A DNA stretch of 64,000 nucleotides from Desulfobacterales bacterium. Lineage in GTDB: Bacteria; Desulfobacterota; Desulfobacteria; Desulfobacterales; UBA2174. A program made the position numbers and the translations under genes. Under the pieces are notes generated by a model that saw only the letters and a program-made list of their open reading frames with translations, ran no database searches and was not told where the DNA came from. Below, piece by piece: positions 39,746-49,881 of this stretch. The first letter of the stretch is position 1; every line of letters begins with the position of its first letter. The stretch is from assembly GCA_963668645.2 (NCBI GenBank), contig CAXXWC010000006.1:156386-220385 (forward strand), read 5' to 3'.

Positions 39746-39969
39746 AAAGGCTCCTTGATCGGGCGGTCGGGGTTCGCAGCGCTCGCTACGGCAGGGGCGG
39801 CCGTCCAAACTCACCGCAGGATCCATGATCCGGCTCACACACGTGATCCGGACCCGGTCCATACCCCACACCGCCAGCCTCGAACCGAAGGGGTGAAATT
39901 GGCCCGACGCATTTGCCGCCGGCACTGGCCTGTTCTTTGTGTCCGGCCGTCAAAACTCGACCCCGCGGT

Positions 39970-39998
39970 GTTGACAAATCACGCTGGCGGTCCAATAT
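39970..39998 (+). promoter_or_regulatory. possible heat-shock (sigma32-like) or sigma70 promoter for htpG
   Basis: GTTGACA-N14-TCCAATAT resembles CTTGAA-N13-17-CCCCATNT. Confidence 0.35.
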
Positions 39999-40134
39999 TC
40001 CGGAACAATTTCGGGCGGTCAGAGACCAAACAGGGCGAAATGGGACCGCCGGAACCGATTCTATCACAATCCAGGCCCCGGCAGCGGAAAATCGATTTCA
40101 ATTTTCAAGACACCGGGCAAATCAGGGAGGAATG

Positions 40135-42069
40135 ATGGCCACCACGCAGGAAACCTTTGAATTCAAAACCGAAGTCAAACAGCTGCTCAAACTGATCATC
40201 AACTCGCTTTACTCCAACCGCGACATCTTTCTGCGCGAGCTGATTTCCAACGCCTCGGACGCCATCGACCGGCTGCGCTTCGCGTCCCAGACCAGTCCGG
40301 AGCTGCTGGACGACGATCCCGAATTTCGCATCAAGATCATTCCCGACGGCATCAAGCAGACCCTGACGGTGGCCGACAACGGCCTCGGCATGACCCGCGA
40401 GGAGGTCATCGAGAACATCGGCACCATCGCCCAGAGCGGCACGGCCGGCTTTCTCGAAGCTCTGGCCCAGGCCCAGCAGAACGACACCCTGGCACCCGAG
40501 CTCATCGGCCAGTTCGGGGTCGGCTTTTACAGCGCCTTCATGGTGGCCGAAAAGGTCGAATTGACCACCCGGGCCGCCGGCAGCGACAGCGCGGTGCGCT
40601 GGCAGTCCCACGGCGACGGCAGCTACACCATCGAAGAGGCGGACAAGCCCGAACGGGGCACCACCATCACCGTGCATCTGCGCAAGCGCGAGAAAGACGA
40701 AAAAGACTACACCGACGCCTGGGTGATCCGCGACATCGTCAAGCGGCATTCGGATTTTATCGCCTACCCGATCCTGATGGACGCCGAGAAGACCGAACCG
40801 ATCCCCGAAGCCGAACAGATCAAGGACAAGGACGGCAAACCGATCGGTGAAACCACGCGCAAAGTCATGCGTGAAGAGACCCTCAATTCCATGAAGGCCA
40901 TCTGGACCCGGCCCAAGGACGAGGTCAGCGAAGAGGAGCACAAGGAGTTCTACCAGCACCTGACCCGCGACTGGAAAGAGCCCCTGGAGCGGCTGCACAT
41001 GAAGTTCGAAGGGACCACCGAGTACACCGCCCTGCTCTACATCCCCTCCCAGGCCCCCTTCGACCTGTTTCATCCCGAGCGCAAGCACGGGGTCCAGCTT
41101 TACTGCAAGCGCGTGTTCATCATGGAGGACTGCCAGGACCTGCTGCCCGAATACTTCGGGTTCGTGCGCGGGGTGGTGGACGCCCCGGACCTCAACCTGA
41201 ACGTCTCCCGCGAAATTTTGCAGCACGATCCGCTGGTGCGCAACATCCGGCGCAACCTGGTCAAAAGGCTCTTCGACCTGCTGGCCAAAATGGACGCGGA
41301 CAAGTATGAAACCTTTTATCAGGAATTCGGCCAAATGCTCAAAATCGGGGTTCACACCGATTTCGAGAACCGCCAGAAGGTGGCCGACCTGATCCGCTTT
41401 CCCACCACCGCCAGCGAGGGCAAACTCATCTCGTTGAAAACCTACGTGGAACAGATGAAGCCGGACCAGAAGGAGATCTATTACATCACCGGCGACAATC
41501 TGGCGGCCCTGAAGAACAGCCCCCATCTTGAAGCGCTCAAGGCCAAGGGCTACGAGGTGCTGTTGATGGCCGATCCCATCGACGAATGGGTGGTCCAGGC
41601 CCTGAACGAATACGACGGCAAACCCCTCGCCAGCGCCGAAAAGGGGGATTTGAACCTCGAGGATCAGCAGGCCGAGTCGTCGGAGGACTTCAACGCCTTG
41701 TTTGCCTTTATCCGCACCCATCTCCAGGACAAGGTCAAGGAGGTGCGCCGCTCGACCCATCTCAAGGAATCGCTGGCCTGCCTGTCGGGCGACAGCCAGG
41801 ACATGTCGGCCTATATGGAAAAGATCCTCAAGGCCTCCGGCCAGCCGGTGCCGGAGGTCAAGCGGGTCCTGGAACTGAACCTCGACCATCCGGTGGTGGC
41901 CCGCATCAACACGTTGTATGAAAAGGACCGCGACAGCGAGCGGCTCAAAGAGTATGCGCACTTGCTCTACGACATCGCCGTGGTGGGCGAAGGCGGCAAG
42001 CTGGAAAACCCGGCCCGTTTCACTCGCCAGGTGGGAGACTTGATGGCCGGTGCCTTGACAGAGGGCTGA
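40135..42069 (+). CDS. htpG: chaperone HtpG (Hsp90)
   Basis: YSNRDIFLRELISNASDA, DNGLGM, IGQFGVGFYSAF and LNVSREILQ. Confidence 0.97.
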   Translation: MATTQETFEFKTEVKQLLKLIINSLYSNRDIFLRELISNASDAIDRLRFASQTSPELLDDDPEFRIKIIPDGIKQTLTVADNGLGMTREEVIENIGTIAQSGTAGFLEALAQAQQNDTLAPELIGQFGVGFYSAFMVAEKVELTTRAAGSDSAVRWQSHGDGSYTIEEADKPERGTTITVHLRKREKDEKDYTDAWVIRDIVKRHSDFIAYPILMDAEKTEPIPEAEQIKDKDGKPIGETTRKVMREETLNSMKAIWTRPKDEVSEEEHKEFYQHLTRDWKEPLERLHMKFEGTTEYTALLYIPSQAPFDLFHPERKHGVQLYCKRVFIMEDCQDLLPEYFGFVRGVVDAPDLNLNVSREILQHDPLVRNIRRNLVKRLFDLLAKMDADKYETFYQEFGQMLKIGVHTDFENRQKVADLIRFPTTASEGKLISLKTYVEQMKPDQKEIYYITGDNLAALKNSPHLEALKAKGYEVLLMADPIDEWVVQALNEYDGKPLASAEKGDLNLEDQQAESSEDFNALFAFIRTHLQDKVKEVRRSTHLKESLACLSGDSQDMSAYMEKILKASGQPVPEVKRVLELNLDHPVVARINTLYEKDRDSERLKEYAHLLYDIAVVGEGGKLENPARFTRQVGDLMAGALTEG

Positions 42070-42160
42070 AGGAGGATTGGGCCGCCGCGAGCAGAGGCAC
42101 GGAGCGTAAACTTGCCCTGGCAGGGCCTCGGGCCAGGCGGCCCGAAAAGGGAACCATCCA

Positions 42161-42592
42161 ATGGTTAAATGGATTCTGGCGATTCTGGGGCTGATCTACG
42201 TGATCAGCCCCTGGGATCTGCTGCCCGATTTCATGGTCCTGCGCGGCTGGATCGACGATCTGGTGGTGCTCTACCTCCTCTATCGGTATTACCTCAAACC
42301 GTTTCTGGCCTCGCGCAGGGCCGGACCCGCCGGCCAGGGCTACCGCGCGGACGGCGCCGGCAGTGCACAAGCCCCGCCGCGCCGGGACGGCGGCCCCCCG
42401 GATCCTTACCAGGTGCTGGGGGTGGCGCCGGGCGCCTCGGCCGAAGAGATCCGCCGGGCCTACCGCGAACTGGCCGCCAAGTACCATCCGGACAAGGTCG
42501 AGCACCTGGGCGAAGACTTCAGGAAACTGGCCGAACAGCGCTTCAAGGAGATCCAGGCCGCCTACCAGGCATTGAACCGGTCCGGCGCATGA
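42161..42592 (+). CDS. DUF1232/YkvA membrane domain fused to a C-terminal J domain
   Basis: [12 protein letters not shown]...GWIDD plus DPYQVLGV...YHPDK. Confidence 0.85.
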   Translation: MVKWILAILGLIYVISPWDLLPDFMVLRGWIDDLVVLYLLYRYYLKPFLASRRAGPAGQGYRADGAGSAQAPPRRDGGPPDPYQVLGVAPGASAEEIRRAYRELAAKYHPDKVEHLGEDFRKLAEQRFKEIQAAYQALNRSGA

Positions 42593-42641
42593 GCCCCGGC
42601 TGCACACCCGAAACGCCCCCTGGATCACGAACGCCGGCCTT

Positions 42642-43801
42642 TTACCGACTCTTTCCCTGCTCACGGTTGTCTTGGGGCGGGATAAAGACCTCGGCCCGCT
42701 CGGAAGGCAGTGACGCCACATAGAGCGACTGGCTGGGAAAGGCGAACCCCGGTACCGGCCGATTCCACCAGGTCTTTGATCCGGTAGGGCCAGGGCCTCC
42801 TTGATCTCCAGCCACCGCCCCCACTCGGTGGTGCGGGGTAAAACAGTAGACCATGATATCGATGGACGAGTCGCTGAAGCGGTCGATGCGCACGAAGGTG
42901 GGCACTTCCGGTGGACGGGCGAAATCGTCGCACTCGAGCAGATAGGCCTCAATGCCGTCCCGGATCCGGCGCAGCTGGGTCGATGGTGGTGCGGTATTCC
43001 ACACCGATGGTCCAGTAAATGCGCCGGTGGGTCATGGCGCTGAAATTGGTCACCGAGCTGTCCGAGAGCTTGGAGTTGGGCACGTAAACCGGCGCCTTAT
43101 CGAAGCGGCGCACCAGGGTGGAACGAAAACCGATGTTTTCCACGGTCCCTTCCACCACGTTTTCGACGCAGATCCAGTCGCCCAGGTTAAAGCGGCGCTC
43201 GGCCAGGATCAGAATCCCTGAAATCAGATTTTTTGAACAGGTCCTGGGCCCCCAGGGCCACGGCCACCCCGAAAAGGCCCAACCCGGCGATGATCGGGCC
43301 GATCCGGATTCCCCAGATTTCGAGGATCGTTGCCGCCCCGATAAAGACCAGGGCCGCGCGGATGGCTTTTTCCAGCCAGCCGACCATCGAGGCGGTCAGC
43401 ACCTTGTCGAGCCGGTGCAAGAGCGACGACATCGGTTGAATCAGCCGGATCAGAACCCAGAACATGACGAAAACGATCAGCGACCGGATCAACCGATCGG
43501 CCACGATCTCCAGGGCCCCGCCCAATGGCAGATAGGCCACGGCGAAATAGACGCCGATGACCACCGGTATGAAGGCCATCGGCTGTTCGAGGGTTTTCAC
43601 GGCGTCATCGTCGATGGTCGTGCGGGTGCGACTGGCCAGCCGACCGATGCGATCGATGACGATGCGCGTGAAAAGCCGCCGGATCAACAAAAAGCCGATC
43701 AGGATGAACGCGGCGGTGATGATCCGCCCCAGATCGACGCCGCCGATTCCCGTTTCCCAGATATCGACCACCACCGCCCACAACTGCTTGATATGTTCCA
43801 C
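42642..43801 (-). CDS. mscS: MscS-family mechanosensitive channel, split by about five +1 frameshifts (probable sequencing errors)
   Basis: AGLGLFGVAVALGAQD, GTVENIGFRST, VPNS, HRRI and FAFPSQ spread over several frames; each break is an extra base in a homopolymer. Confidence 0.8.
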
Positions 43802-43894
43802 CGGTTCCTCCCCAGATCGGTTGCGAATCGCCACCGTCCCAAAAACCGCGGCCAATTTCTAAAAGGCCGCACCGCCCGCCGGCTGGGACGCCGT

Positions 43895-45937
43895 CTAACG
43901 ACCGGACGCGGCCAGCTTGCGATGCCCCAGAATCAGTCCGGCCAGGACAAAGGCAATTGCACCCGTGCCGGCGTTGTAAAACACCAAAGCGGTCAGACCG
44001 GCCACCATCGCCAAAAGACTCGCCGCAGCGCTGCGGCGCCAGACCGCCAATCCGGCAAGGGCCAGGCCGATCAAGCCGAATACCTGATGGTACATCAGCC
44101 CGCCGAGGATGGCGCGAATCCGGTAGAGGAGACCGGCAGGATCTTGCACGCACAGAAAAGTGGTCAATTCCGCGTGCAAAATCCCGTAACGCAGCGCCCA
44201 TAAAAGCGCGAACACCCCTGCCAGGGTCAACCCGGATCCGAGCAGGGGGCGTAGCGTGCTACCCTTTCCTTCCCGCCAGAGCGGATAAGCCAGCAGCAGG
44301 CAGACCCCAATCCAGAGGTCGGCCTGCAGGTTGGCGGGCGTTTCCCGGATCAAAACCCCCCAGGGCGCCAAGGACCAGGGCCGAGGCCACAAGCCGTTCC
44401 AGTCCGCTGGCCGGTGCCGGCCACCGATCCTTGCCACGGTGGCTCAACCAGGCATAGCCTAAAGCAGGCAGGAGAAACCCGCAGTTGTTGAAGCTGCGAT
44501 AGCGCGGATCGAAAAAAAGGCCGGCAAGCGCGACCAGCGCCAGGGCAAGCCCGGCCAGGCGGTTGAGCGAAAGTGCCGCCGGCAGATAACGGAGGGCGAG
44601 GTTTCGGAAAAACCGCCCATCGTTCGCCATCCGACCCTGGATATCCCCGGCCGCCGGGCTCAATCGCCCCGCCAACAGATCCATGGTGGGACCCAGGCCG
44701 AAGTATCCGGGCCAACGGTCCCAAACAACGACCGACAGCACCGTCAAATAGACGACCGCGGCCTGGACCAGCACACCACCACGGCCCAAAGGATTTCCCA
44801 GCCGTTACGGGTGATGACGGTGAACTGGTGCCCCTGCATGACGATCAACACGGCACCGGCCGCTGCCATCCCCGAAAATTCAAGCCATCGAACCGGGCCC
44901 AGGCCCGCCTGCGGCGCCGCGATCGGCAACGTGATCAGAATCACGGCGGCGGTCAGCAGAAAGAAAGACAGCCACCCCGGATAGTTGGATATCGGTCCGG
45001 CAAGGACCGATTTATCGTTCCGGTCGGCATCGTAAAGGCCCCAATACCCGCCTGCGGCCCCTTCGTTGGCCCGCTTCCAGGGCTGGTCGAAGGCTTCTAT
45101 CAGATTGTACGACCAGCCTTCCCGTGCGGCCAGGGCCGCCACGCCGCGAATGAAGCGGGCCTGATTGACCGGGCTGGGCAGGGCGCCGGCGCGCATGCGG
45201 CCCTGGGAGGGCCAGCCGGTTTCACCGATCATGATCTGCTTGTGCGGTATCTTGCGGGCCAGTTCTTGCCGGATTTTGCGGACATGTTCCATGGCCTCAT
45301 CGATGCAAACCGGATCGTCTTCCCAGTAGGGCAGGATGTGGATCATGACCAGATCGACGGCCGGCGCCACCTCCGGATGGCGGAGCCAAAACTCCCAGAC
45401 ATCGGCATAGGCCACCGGCATCCCGGGCAGGGCGGCCTTGACCTGCCGGATATACTCGATCAGTTGGGGGCCGGTCACCTCCCGGCGCAGCAGCGCTTCG
45501 TTGCCCACCACGACCGCCTTCACACAGGCCGGGTAGCGTTTGGCAAGCGCCACCGTCCTGGCCAACTCCTTTTGGGTCGCCAGCGGATCGCTGCTCACCC
45601 AGGCCCCCAGCAGGACCTTCAGGCCATACTTTTCGGCGATGGGCGGCAAGGCCTCCAGGCCGGCGGCCGAGTAGAGGCGGATCCCGTCGAAGCGGCCCGC
45701 CAGCATGGACAGGTCGGTTTCGATCCTCAGATCCGAAATGGCCAGCCCCTTCTCCCCGGCTCCAAGGGGTGACTGGTCTTTTTCAAACGGGGCATAGGAT
45801 ACGCTCTGCAGCCGCTGGCCCCTGACCAATTCGGGATCCTGGAGTCGATGGGGCCGGCCCAGGGCGTACCAAAAGCCGAATAGAGCCGCCAGCATCAGGG
45901 CATATGCCGCAATCAATTTGATCAACCGTTCCGCCAT
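43895..45937 (-). CDS. GH17 membrane-anchored beta-glucan synthase/glucanotransferase (NdvC-like), two frameshifts
   Basis: VSYAPF, VVVGNE, YADVWEFW, HILPYWED, GETGWPS and EAFDQPWK, then multi-TM FDPRYRSF in the next frames. Confidence 0.78.
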
Positions 45938-46144
45938 GGAAACCTTGAGAATCGCGGGTATGGCGCTGGCCCCAGCATCGGGCTATGCTAAAATTTCGCG
46001 CCGGATCATGGCGCTTAAGATAGCATGTTTTTGCGGCGACCGGGTTCCCTTTCAGGGGCTTGACTCGTCTGACGATCATGCTATTGAGGCACGAACCGTA
46101 AACCGGAACAGCAACGCATCCCTGCAAATACCCAAGGAGGCCCC

Positions 46145-47257
46145 ATGAACGACAACCTGCTCGGCACCCTGACCGAAACCTTGCTGATGGGCCCCGGCCC
46201 GTCCTGCGTACCGCCAGCGGTCTACGCGGCCATCGGCCGGCCCACCATCGGCCACCTCGACCCGCGTTTCATCGCCATCATGGATCAGATCAAGGTGCGC
46301 CTGCAGCAGGTCATGCAGACCGCCAACCGGCTGACCCTGCCTGTTTCCGGCACCGGCAGCGCCGGAATGGAAACCAGTTTCGTCAACTTGGTCGAACCGG
46401 GCGATCCCGTGCTGATCCTCAAAAACGGGGTCTTCGGCATGCGCATGACCGATGTGGCCCAGCGGCTGGGCGCCGCGGTGGACGTGCTCGAATTCGAATG
46501 GGGCACCCCGGTGGACGTCGCCGCGGTGAAGGCCAGGCTGGCCGAAAAAAAATACAAGATCGTCGCCGTGGTGCATGCCGAGACCTCCACCGGGGTCTGC
46601 AACCCGGTGGCCGAGATCGGTGCGGCGGTAAAAGAAAACGGGGCCCTCTACCTGGTGGACGCGGTCACCAGCCTGGGCGGGATTCCGGTACAAACCGACG
46701 CCTGGAACATCGACGTGATTTACAGCGGCACCCAGAAATGCCTCTCCTGCCCCCCGGGACTGGCACCGGTCTCCTTTTCCGAACGCGCCCTGGAAACCCT
46801 CAAGGCCCGGCGCACCAAGGTGCCCAACTGGTATCTCGACCTGACCCTGATCGTCGACTACTGGCAGGGTGCCAAGCGGGCCTACCACCACACGGCCCCC
46901 ATCAACATGCTCTATGCCATCCACGCGGCCCTCGGAGAGATTCTGCAAGAGGGGCTGGAAAGCGTCTACGCCCGCCATCAGGACGCCCACCAGCGGTTGG
47001 TGTCCGGCCTGGAGGCCCTGGGACTGGCCATGCGCGTGGCGCCCGGATCCCGGCTGCCGATGCTCAACGCGGTCTGCGTGCCCCAGGGGGTGGACGAGGC
47101 GGCGGTGCGCGGCCGCCTGCTCGAGGAATTCGACATCGAGATCGGCGCCGGCCTGGGGCCCTTGGCCGGCCAGATCTGGCGCATCGGCCTGATGGGCCAC
47201 ACCGCCCGGCCGGAAAACGTGGAGCGGCTGCTGGAGGCCCTCAAAAAGGTCCTCTGA
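46145..47257 (+). CDS. alanine/serine-glyoxylate aminotransferase (class V PLP)
   Basis: LMGPGPS, SGTGSAGME, VHAETSTG, SGTQKCL (PLP Lys), YHHTAP and WRIGLMG. Confidence 0.92.
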   Translation: MNDNLLGTLTETLLMGPGPSCVPPAVYAAIGRPTIGHLDPRFIAIMDQIKVRLQQVMQTANRLTLPVSGTGSAGMETSFVNLVEPGDPVLILKNGVFGMRMTDVAQRLGAAVDVLEFEWGTPVDVAAVKARLAEKKYKIVAVVHAETSTGVCNPVAEIGAAVKENGALYLVDAVTSLGGIPVQTDAWNIDVIYSGTQKCLSCPPGLAPVSFSERALETLKARRTKVPNWYLDLTLIVDYWQGAKRAYHHTAPINMLYAIHAALGEILQEGLESVYARHQDAHQRLVSGLEALGLAMRVAPGSRLPMLNAVCVPQGVDEAAVRGRLLEEFDIEIGAGLGPLAGQIWRIGLMGHTARPENVERLLEALKKVL

Positions 47258-47268
47258 AGGAAGGGTGT

Positions 47269-48168
47269 ATGGCTGCCGATTCCAAAAACATATCACTCCC
47301 GCAATGGGCGGCCTACCTGATCATGCCCATTGCACCCTTGTGCTGGGGCGGCAACATCGTGCTGGCCCGGGGGGTGGCGGACCTGATCCCGCCGGTGGCG
47401 TTTGCCTTCTGGCGCTGGACCGCGGCGCTGGTGATCCTGTTGCCCCTGGCATGGCCCCATCTGGGCCGGGACTTGCCCCTGGCCCTCAAGGAGTGGAAAA
47501 TCTTTCTGGGGCTTGGCCTGACGGGCATCGCGGCCTTCAACACCCTGCTGTACAAGGCCGTGCACACCACCACGGCCATCAACGGGGCCCTGATCCAGAC
47601 CACCATGCCGGGCTTCATCATTTTGATGTCGCTGATTTTTTTCCGGGAAAAAGTCGCCCTGCACCAGATTCTAGGAGCCGCGGCCTGCGTTGTGGGCGCG
47701 GCCCTGGTGGTCCTTCACGGGCGCCTGGAGGCCCTGGTCCGGCTCCAGCTGGTGCCGGGCGACCTGCTGATGATGGTGGCGGTGGTGCTCTACGGGATCT
47801 ATTCCCTGCTTTTGTGGCGCCGGCCCCCGGTGCATCCGCTGAGCCTGATGGTGTTTACCTTCGCCATCGGCACGGTGACCCTGCTGCCGCTCTATCTTTG
47901 GGAACTGGCCGTGGTCGGCCCCTTTTGCCTCAACCGCCAGGTGGTTTTCAGCATCGGCTACGTGGCCCTGTTTCCCTCCATCGTGGCCTATTTTTGCTGG
48001 AACCGGGGCATTGACCTGATCGGCCCCAACCGCGGCGGGCTCTTCATCTGCCTGATTCCGGTCTTCGCCTCGGCCCTGGCCATCCTCTTTCTGGGCGAAA
48101 CCCTGCACGCCTACCACCTGGCCGGGATGCTGCTCATCCTGGCCGGGATGGCGGTCTTTAGCCGCTGA
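47269..48168 (+). CDS. DMT/EamA-family transporter
   Basis: WGGN, FWRW, about 10 TM segments and FLGE.L. Confidence 0.88.
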   Translation: MAADSKNISLPQWAAYLIMPIAPLCWGGNIVLARGVADLIPPVAFAFWRWTAALVILLPLAWPHLGRDLPLALKEWKIFLGLGLTGIAAFNTLLYKAVHTTTAINGALIQTTMPGFIILMSLIFFREKVALHQILGAAACVVGAALVVLHGRLEALVRLQLVPGDLLMMVAVVLYGIYSLLLWRRPPVHPLSLMVFTFAIGTVTLLPLYLWELAVVGPFCLNRQVVFSIGYVALFPSIVAYFCWNRGIDLIGPNRGGLFICLIPVFASALAILFLGETLHAYHLAGMLLILAGMAVFSR

Positions 48169-48278
48169 AAAAAACCGGCAATGTTTGCAAAGGACGGCCC
48201 GGTGGTGATCCCCGGACCGCCGTTGGAGCATCGAAGCCTCTGTTCAATTTTTCCCGCCGGCGTGCCAAAGCACTCCCG

Positions 48279-49283
48279 CTATTGAAAAATCCCGTATATT
48301 TCGTGCACCTGGCGCATCAGCTGGACGAACTGCTCCGGGTAGAGGGACTGGGCCCCGTCGCTCAAGGCCTGGTCCGGCGCGTGGTGCACCTCGATCATCA
48401 GCCCATGGGCTTCCACGGCCGCCGCGGCCCGCGCCAGGGGGATGACCTGATCGCGGCGGCCGGCGGCATGGCTCGGGTCGGCAACGATGGGCAGGTGGCT
48501 TTCCTTGAGGACCACCGGAATCGACGACAGGTCCAGGGTGTTGCGGCTGTGGTTGACGAAGGTCCGCACCCCGCGCTCGCAAAGCACCACCTGGTCGTTG
48601 CCCCCTTCCAGGATGTACTCGGCGGCCATGAGCCATTCTTCCACGGTGGCGGCCATGCCCCGCTTGAGCATCACCGGGCGCGGCGAGCGGCCGGCGCGGC
48701 GCAGCAGGGAAAAGTTCTGCATGTTGCGGGTGCCGATCTGAACCATGTCGGCGTAGGCCTCCACCGTGTCGAAGGTGGCCTCGTCCATCACCTCGGTGAC
48801 CACCGGCATGCCGGTTTCTTCACGCACCCGGGCCAGGATCTTGAGCCCTTCTTCCCCAAGTCCCTGAAATGAGTAAGGCGAAGTCCTCGGTTTGTAGGCT
48901 CCGCCGCGGAAAATCTGGGCCCCGGCCTGCCGGACGTGCCGGGCGATGATCAGCGCCTGGTCGGGGCTCTCGATGGCGCAGGGGCCGGCAATGATGGCCG
49001 GACGGCCGCTGCCGATGTCCACCGAGCCCACCTTGACGATGGTGTTTTCCGGCTTGAATTCGCGGCTCACCAGCTTGTAGGGGCGCGTGACGCGAATGGC
49101 ATCCTTGACCCCGGGCATGCCGAGCACCAGGGCCGGATCCACCGGGCCCGGGTTGTTGAGGATACCGATGGAAACCCGGTCTCCGCCGGGAATCGGGCGG
49201 GCGATATAGCCCTTGGCCTCGATGACGGCCGTGACAGCCTGGACCTGTTCAGGGCTCGCACCCTTTTCCATGACCACTAGCAT
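48279..49283 (-). CDS. aroF: DAHP synthase class I-beta
   Basis: IAGPCAIE, RGGAYKPRTSPYSFQG, IGTRNMQN, LKRG, CERG and DPSH. Confidence 0.95.
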   Translation of the reverse strand: MLVVMEKGASPEQVQAVTAVIEAKGYIARPIPGGDRVSIGILNNPGPVDPALVLGMPGVKDAIRVTRPYKLVSREFKPENTIVKVGSVDIGSGRPAIIAGPCAIESPDQALIIARHVRQAGAQIFRGGAYKPRTSPYSFQGLGEEGLKILARVREETGMPVVTEVMDEATFDTVEAYADMVQIGTRNMQNFSLLRRAGRSPRPVMLKRGMAATVEEWLMAAEYILEGGNDQVVLCERGVRTFVNHSRNTLDLSSIPVVLKESHLPIVADPSHAAGRRDQVIPLARAAAAVEAHGLMIEVHHAPDQALSDGAQSLYPEQFVQLMRQVHEIYGIFQ

Positions 49284-49304
49284 GGGTAACCTCCTTGAAA
49301 CGTT

Positions 49305-49381
49305 CAGGGCCGCGGGAATTTTTCCGCGGCCCTGGCCTAAAACGACCGGGACCGCGGGGCTGGATGGCCCGCGGTCCCGGT
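49305..49381 (-). promoter_or_regulatory. tandem hairpins of the aroF leader (putative attenuator)
   Basis: 14-bp stem 49345-49381 followed by CGTTTT on the minus strand, then an 11-bp stem 49305-49334 just before the RBS AAGGAGG. Confidence 0.65.
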
Positions 49382-49403
49382 TGGAAAACTGTGTGGCGAC
49401 GAT

Positions 49404-49493
49404 CTAAGCGAACGGGAACCGGCGGGAACACCCCTGCGGTGTGCTGCACCAGCACCAGACCCGTCCCGAATAATCGTTCGCCGCAACGCGCAT
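49404..49493 (-). CDS. putative aroF leader peptide MRVAANDYSGRVWCWCSTPQGCSRRFPFA
   Basis: 29-aa ORF with a GGGAG RBS; contains Y, W-C-W and F-P-F; directly upstream of the hairpins and aroF. Confidence 0.6.
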   Translation of the reverse strand: MRVAANDYSGRVWCWCSTPQGCSRRFPFA

Positions 49494-49550
49494 CAATCGC
49501 TCCCGGTTCCGATAAACCTTGAATTCAAGCCTTAGGGGCAAGCCCTGTCT

Positions 49551-49571
49551 TTGTCAAGCGCTTTTTGACAA
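49551..49571. promoter_or_regulatory. palindrome TTGTCAA-N7-TTGACAA (back-to-back -35 boxes or an operator)
   Basis: Centred between the two divergent leaders; a second TTGACA lies at 49595-49600. Confidence 0.45.
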
Positions 49572-49632
49572 TGGGCGGGGAAATAAAATTTGTCTTGACA
49601 ACTGATCCAATTCTACCCTATTGGCAAAAATC

Positions 49633-49713
49633 ATGTCACGCTTGAAATCATATTCGAATCCAGGGGGTGCCGCTGTGGGGCACCTGGCGGGATGGTGGCG
49701 GCGGACCGGATGA
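49633..49713 (+). CDS. trpL: trp operon leader peptide MSRLKSYSNPGGAAVGHLAGWWRRTG
   Basis: 26-aa ORF with tandem TGG TGG at 49693-49698, upstream of trpE and followed by hairpins. Confidence 0.8.
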   Translation: MSRLKSYSNPGGAAVGHLAGWWRRTG

Positions 49714-49750
49714 CAGGGCCCGCCAACGGACATGAACACTTTTAAGATCG

Positions 49751-49846
49751 TCAAAGGACCGTGGCAGGCCCAGCGCCCCGCGGTCCTTTGAATTTTTCGC
49801 CAACAGCAAGGGCCGCGGGCAACCACCGCGGCCCTTGCTGTTGGTG
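49751..49846 (+). promoter_or_regulatory. trp attenuator: terminator hairpin plus a second 19-bp hairpin
   Basis: TCAAAGGACCGTGG...CCGCGGTCCTTTGA then ATTTTT; followed by CCAACAGCAAGGGCCGCGG-N7-CCGCGGCCCTTGCTGTTGG. Confidence 0.75.
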
Positions 49847-49881
49847 CGCGAATTTAATCGAAGAGAGGAAAGGATCAGGCC

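Noticed and set aside
40105..41961. 618-aa - strand ORF
   Set aside because: Antisense to htpG; typical stop-poor shadow frame.
46498..47268. Apparent N-terminal extension of the EamA ORF (556 aa)
   Set aside because: Off-frame overlap with the aminotransferase; the real start is ATG 47269.
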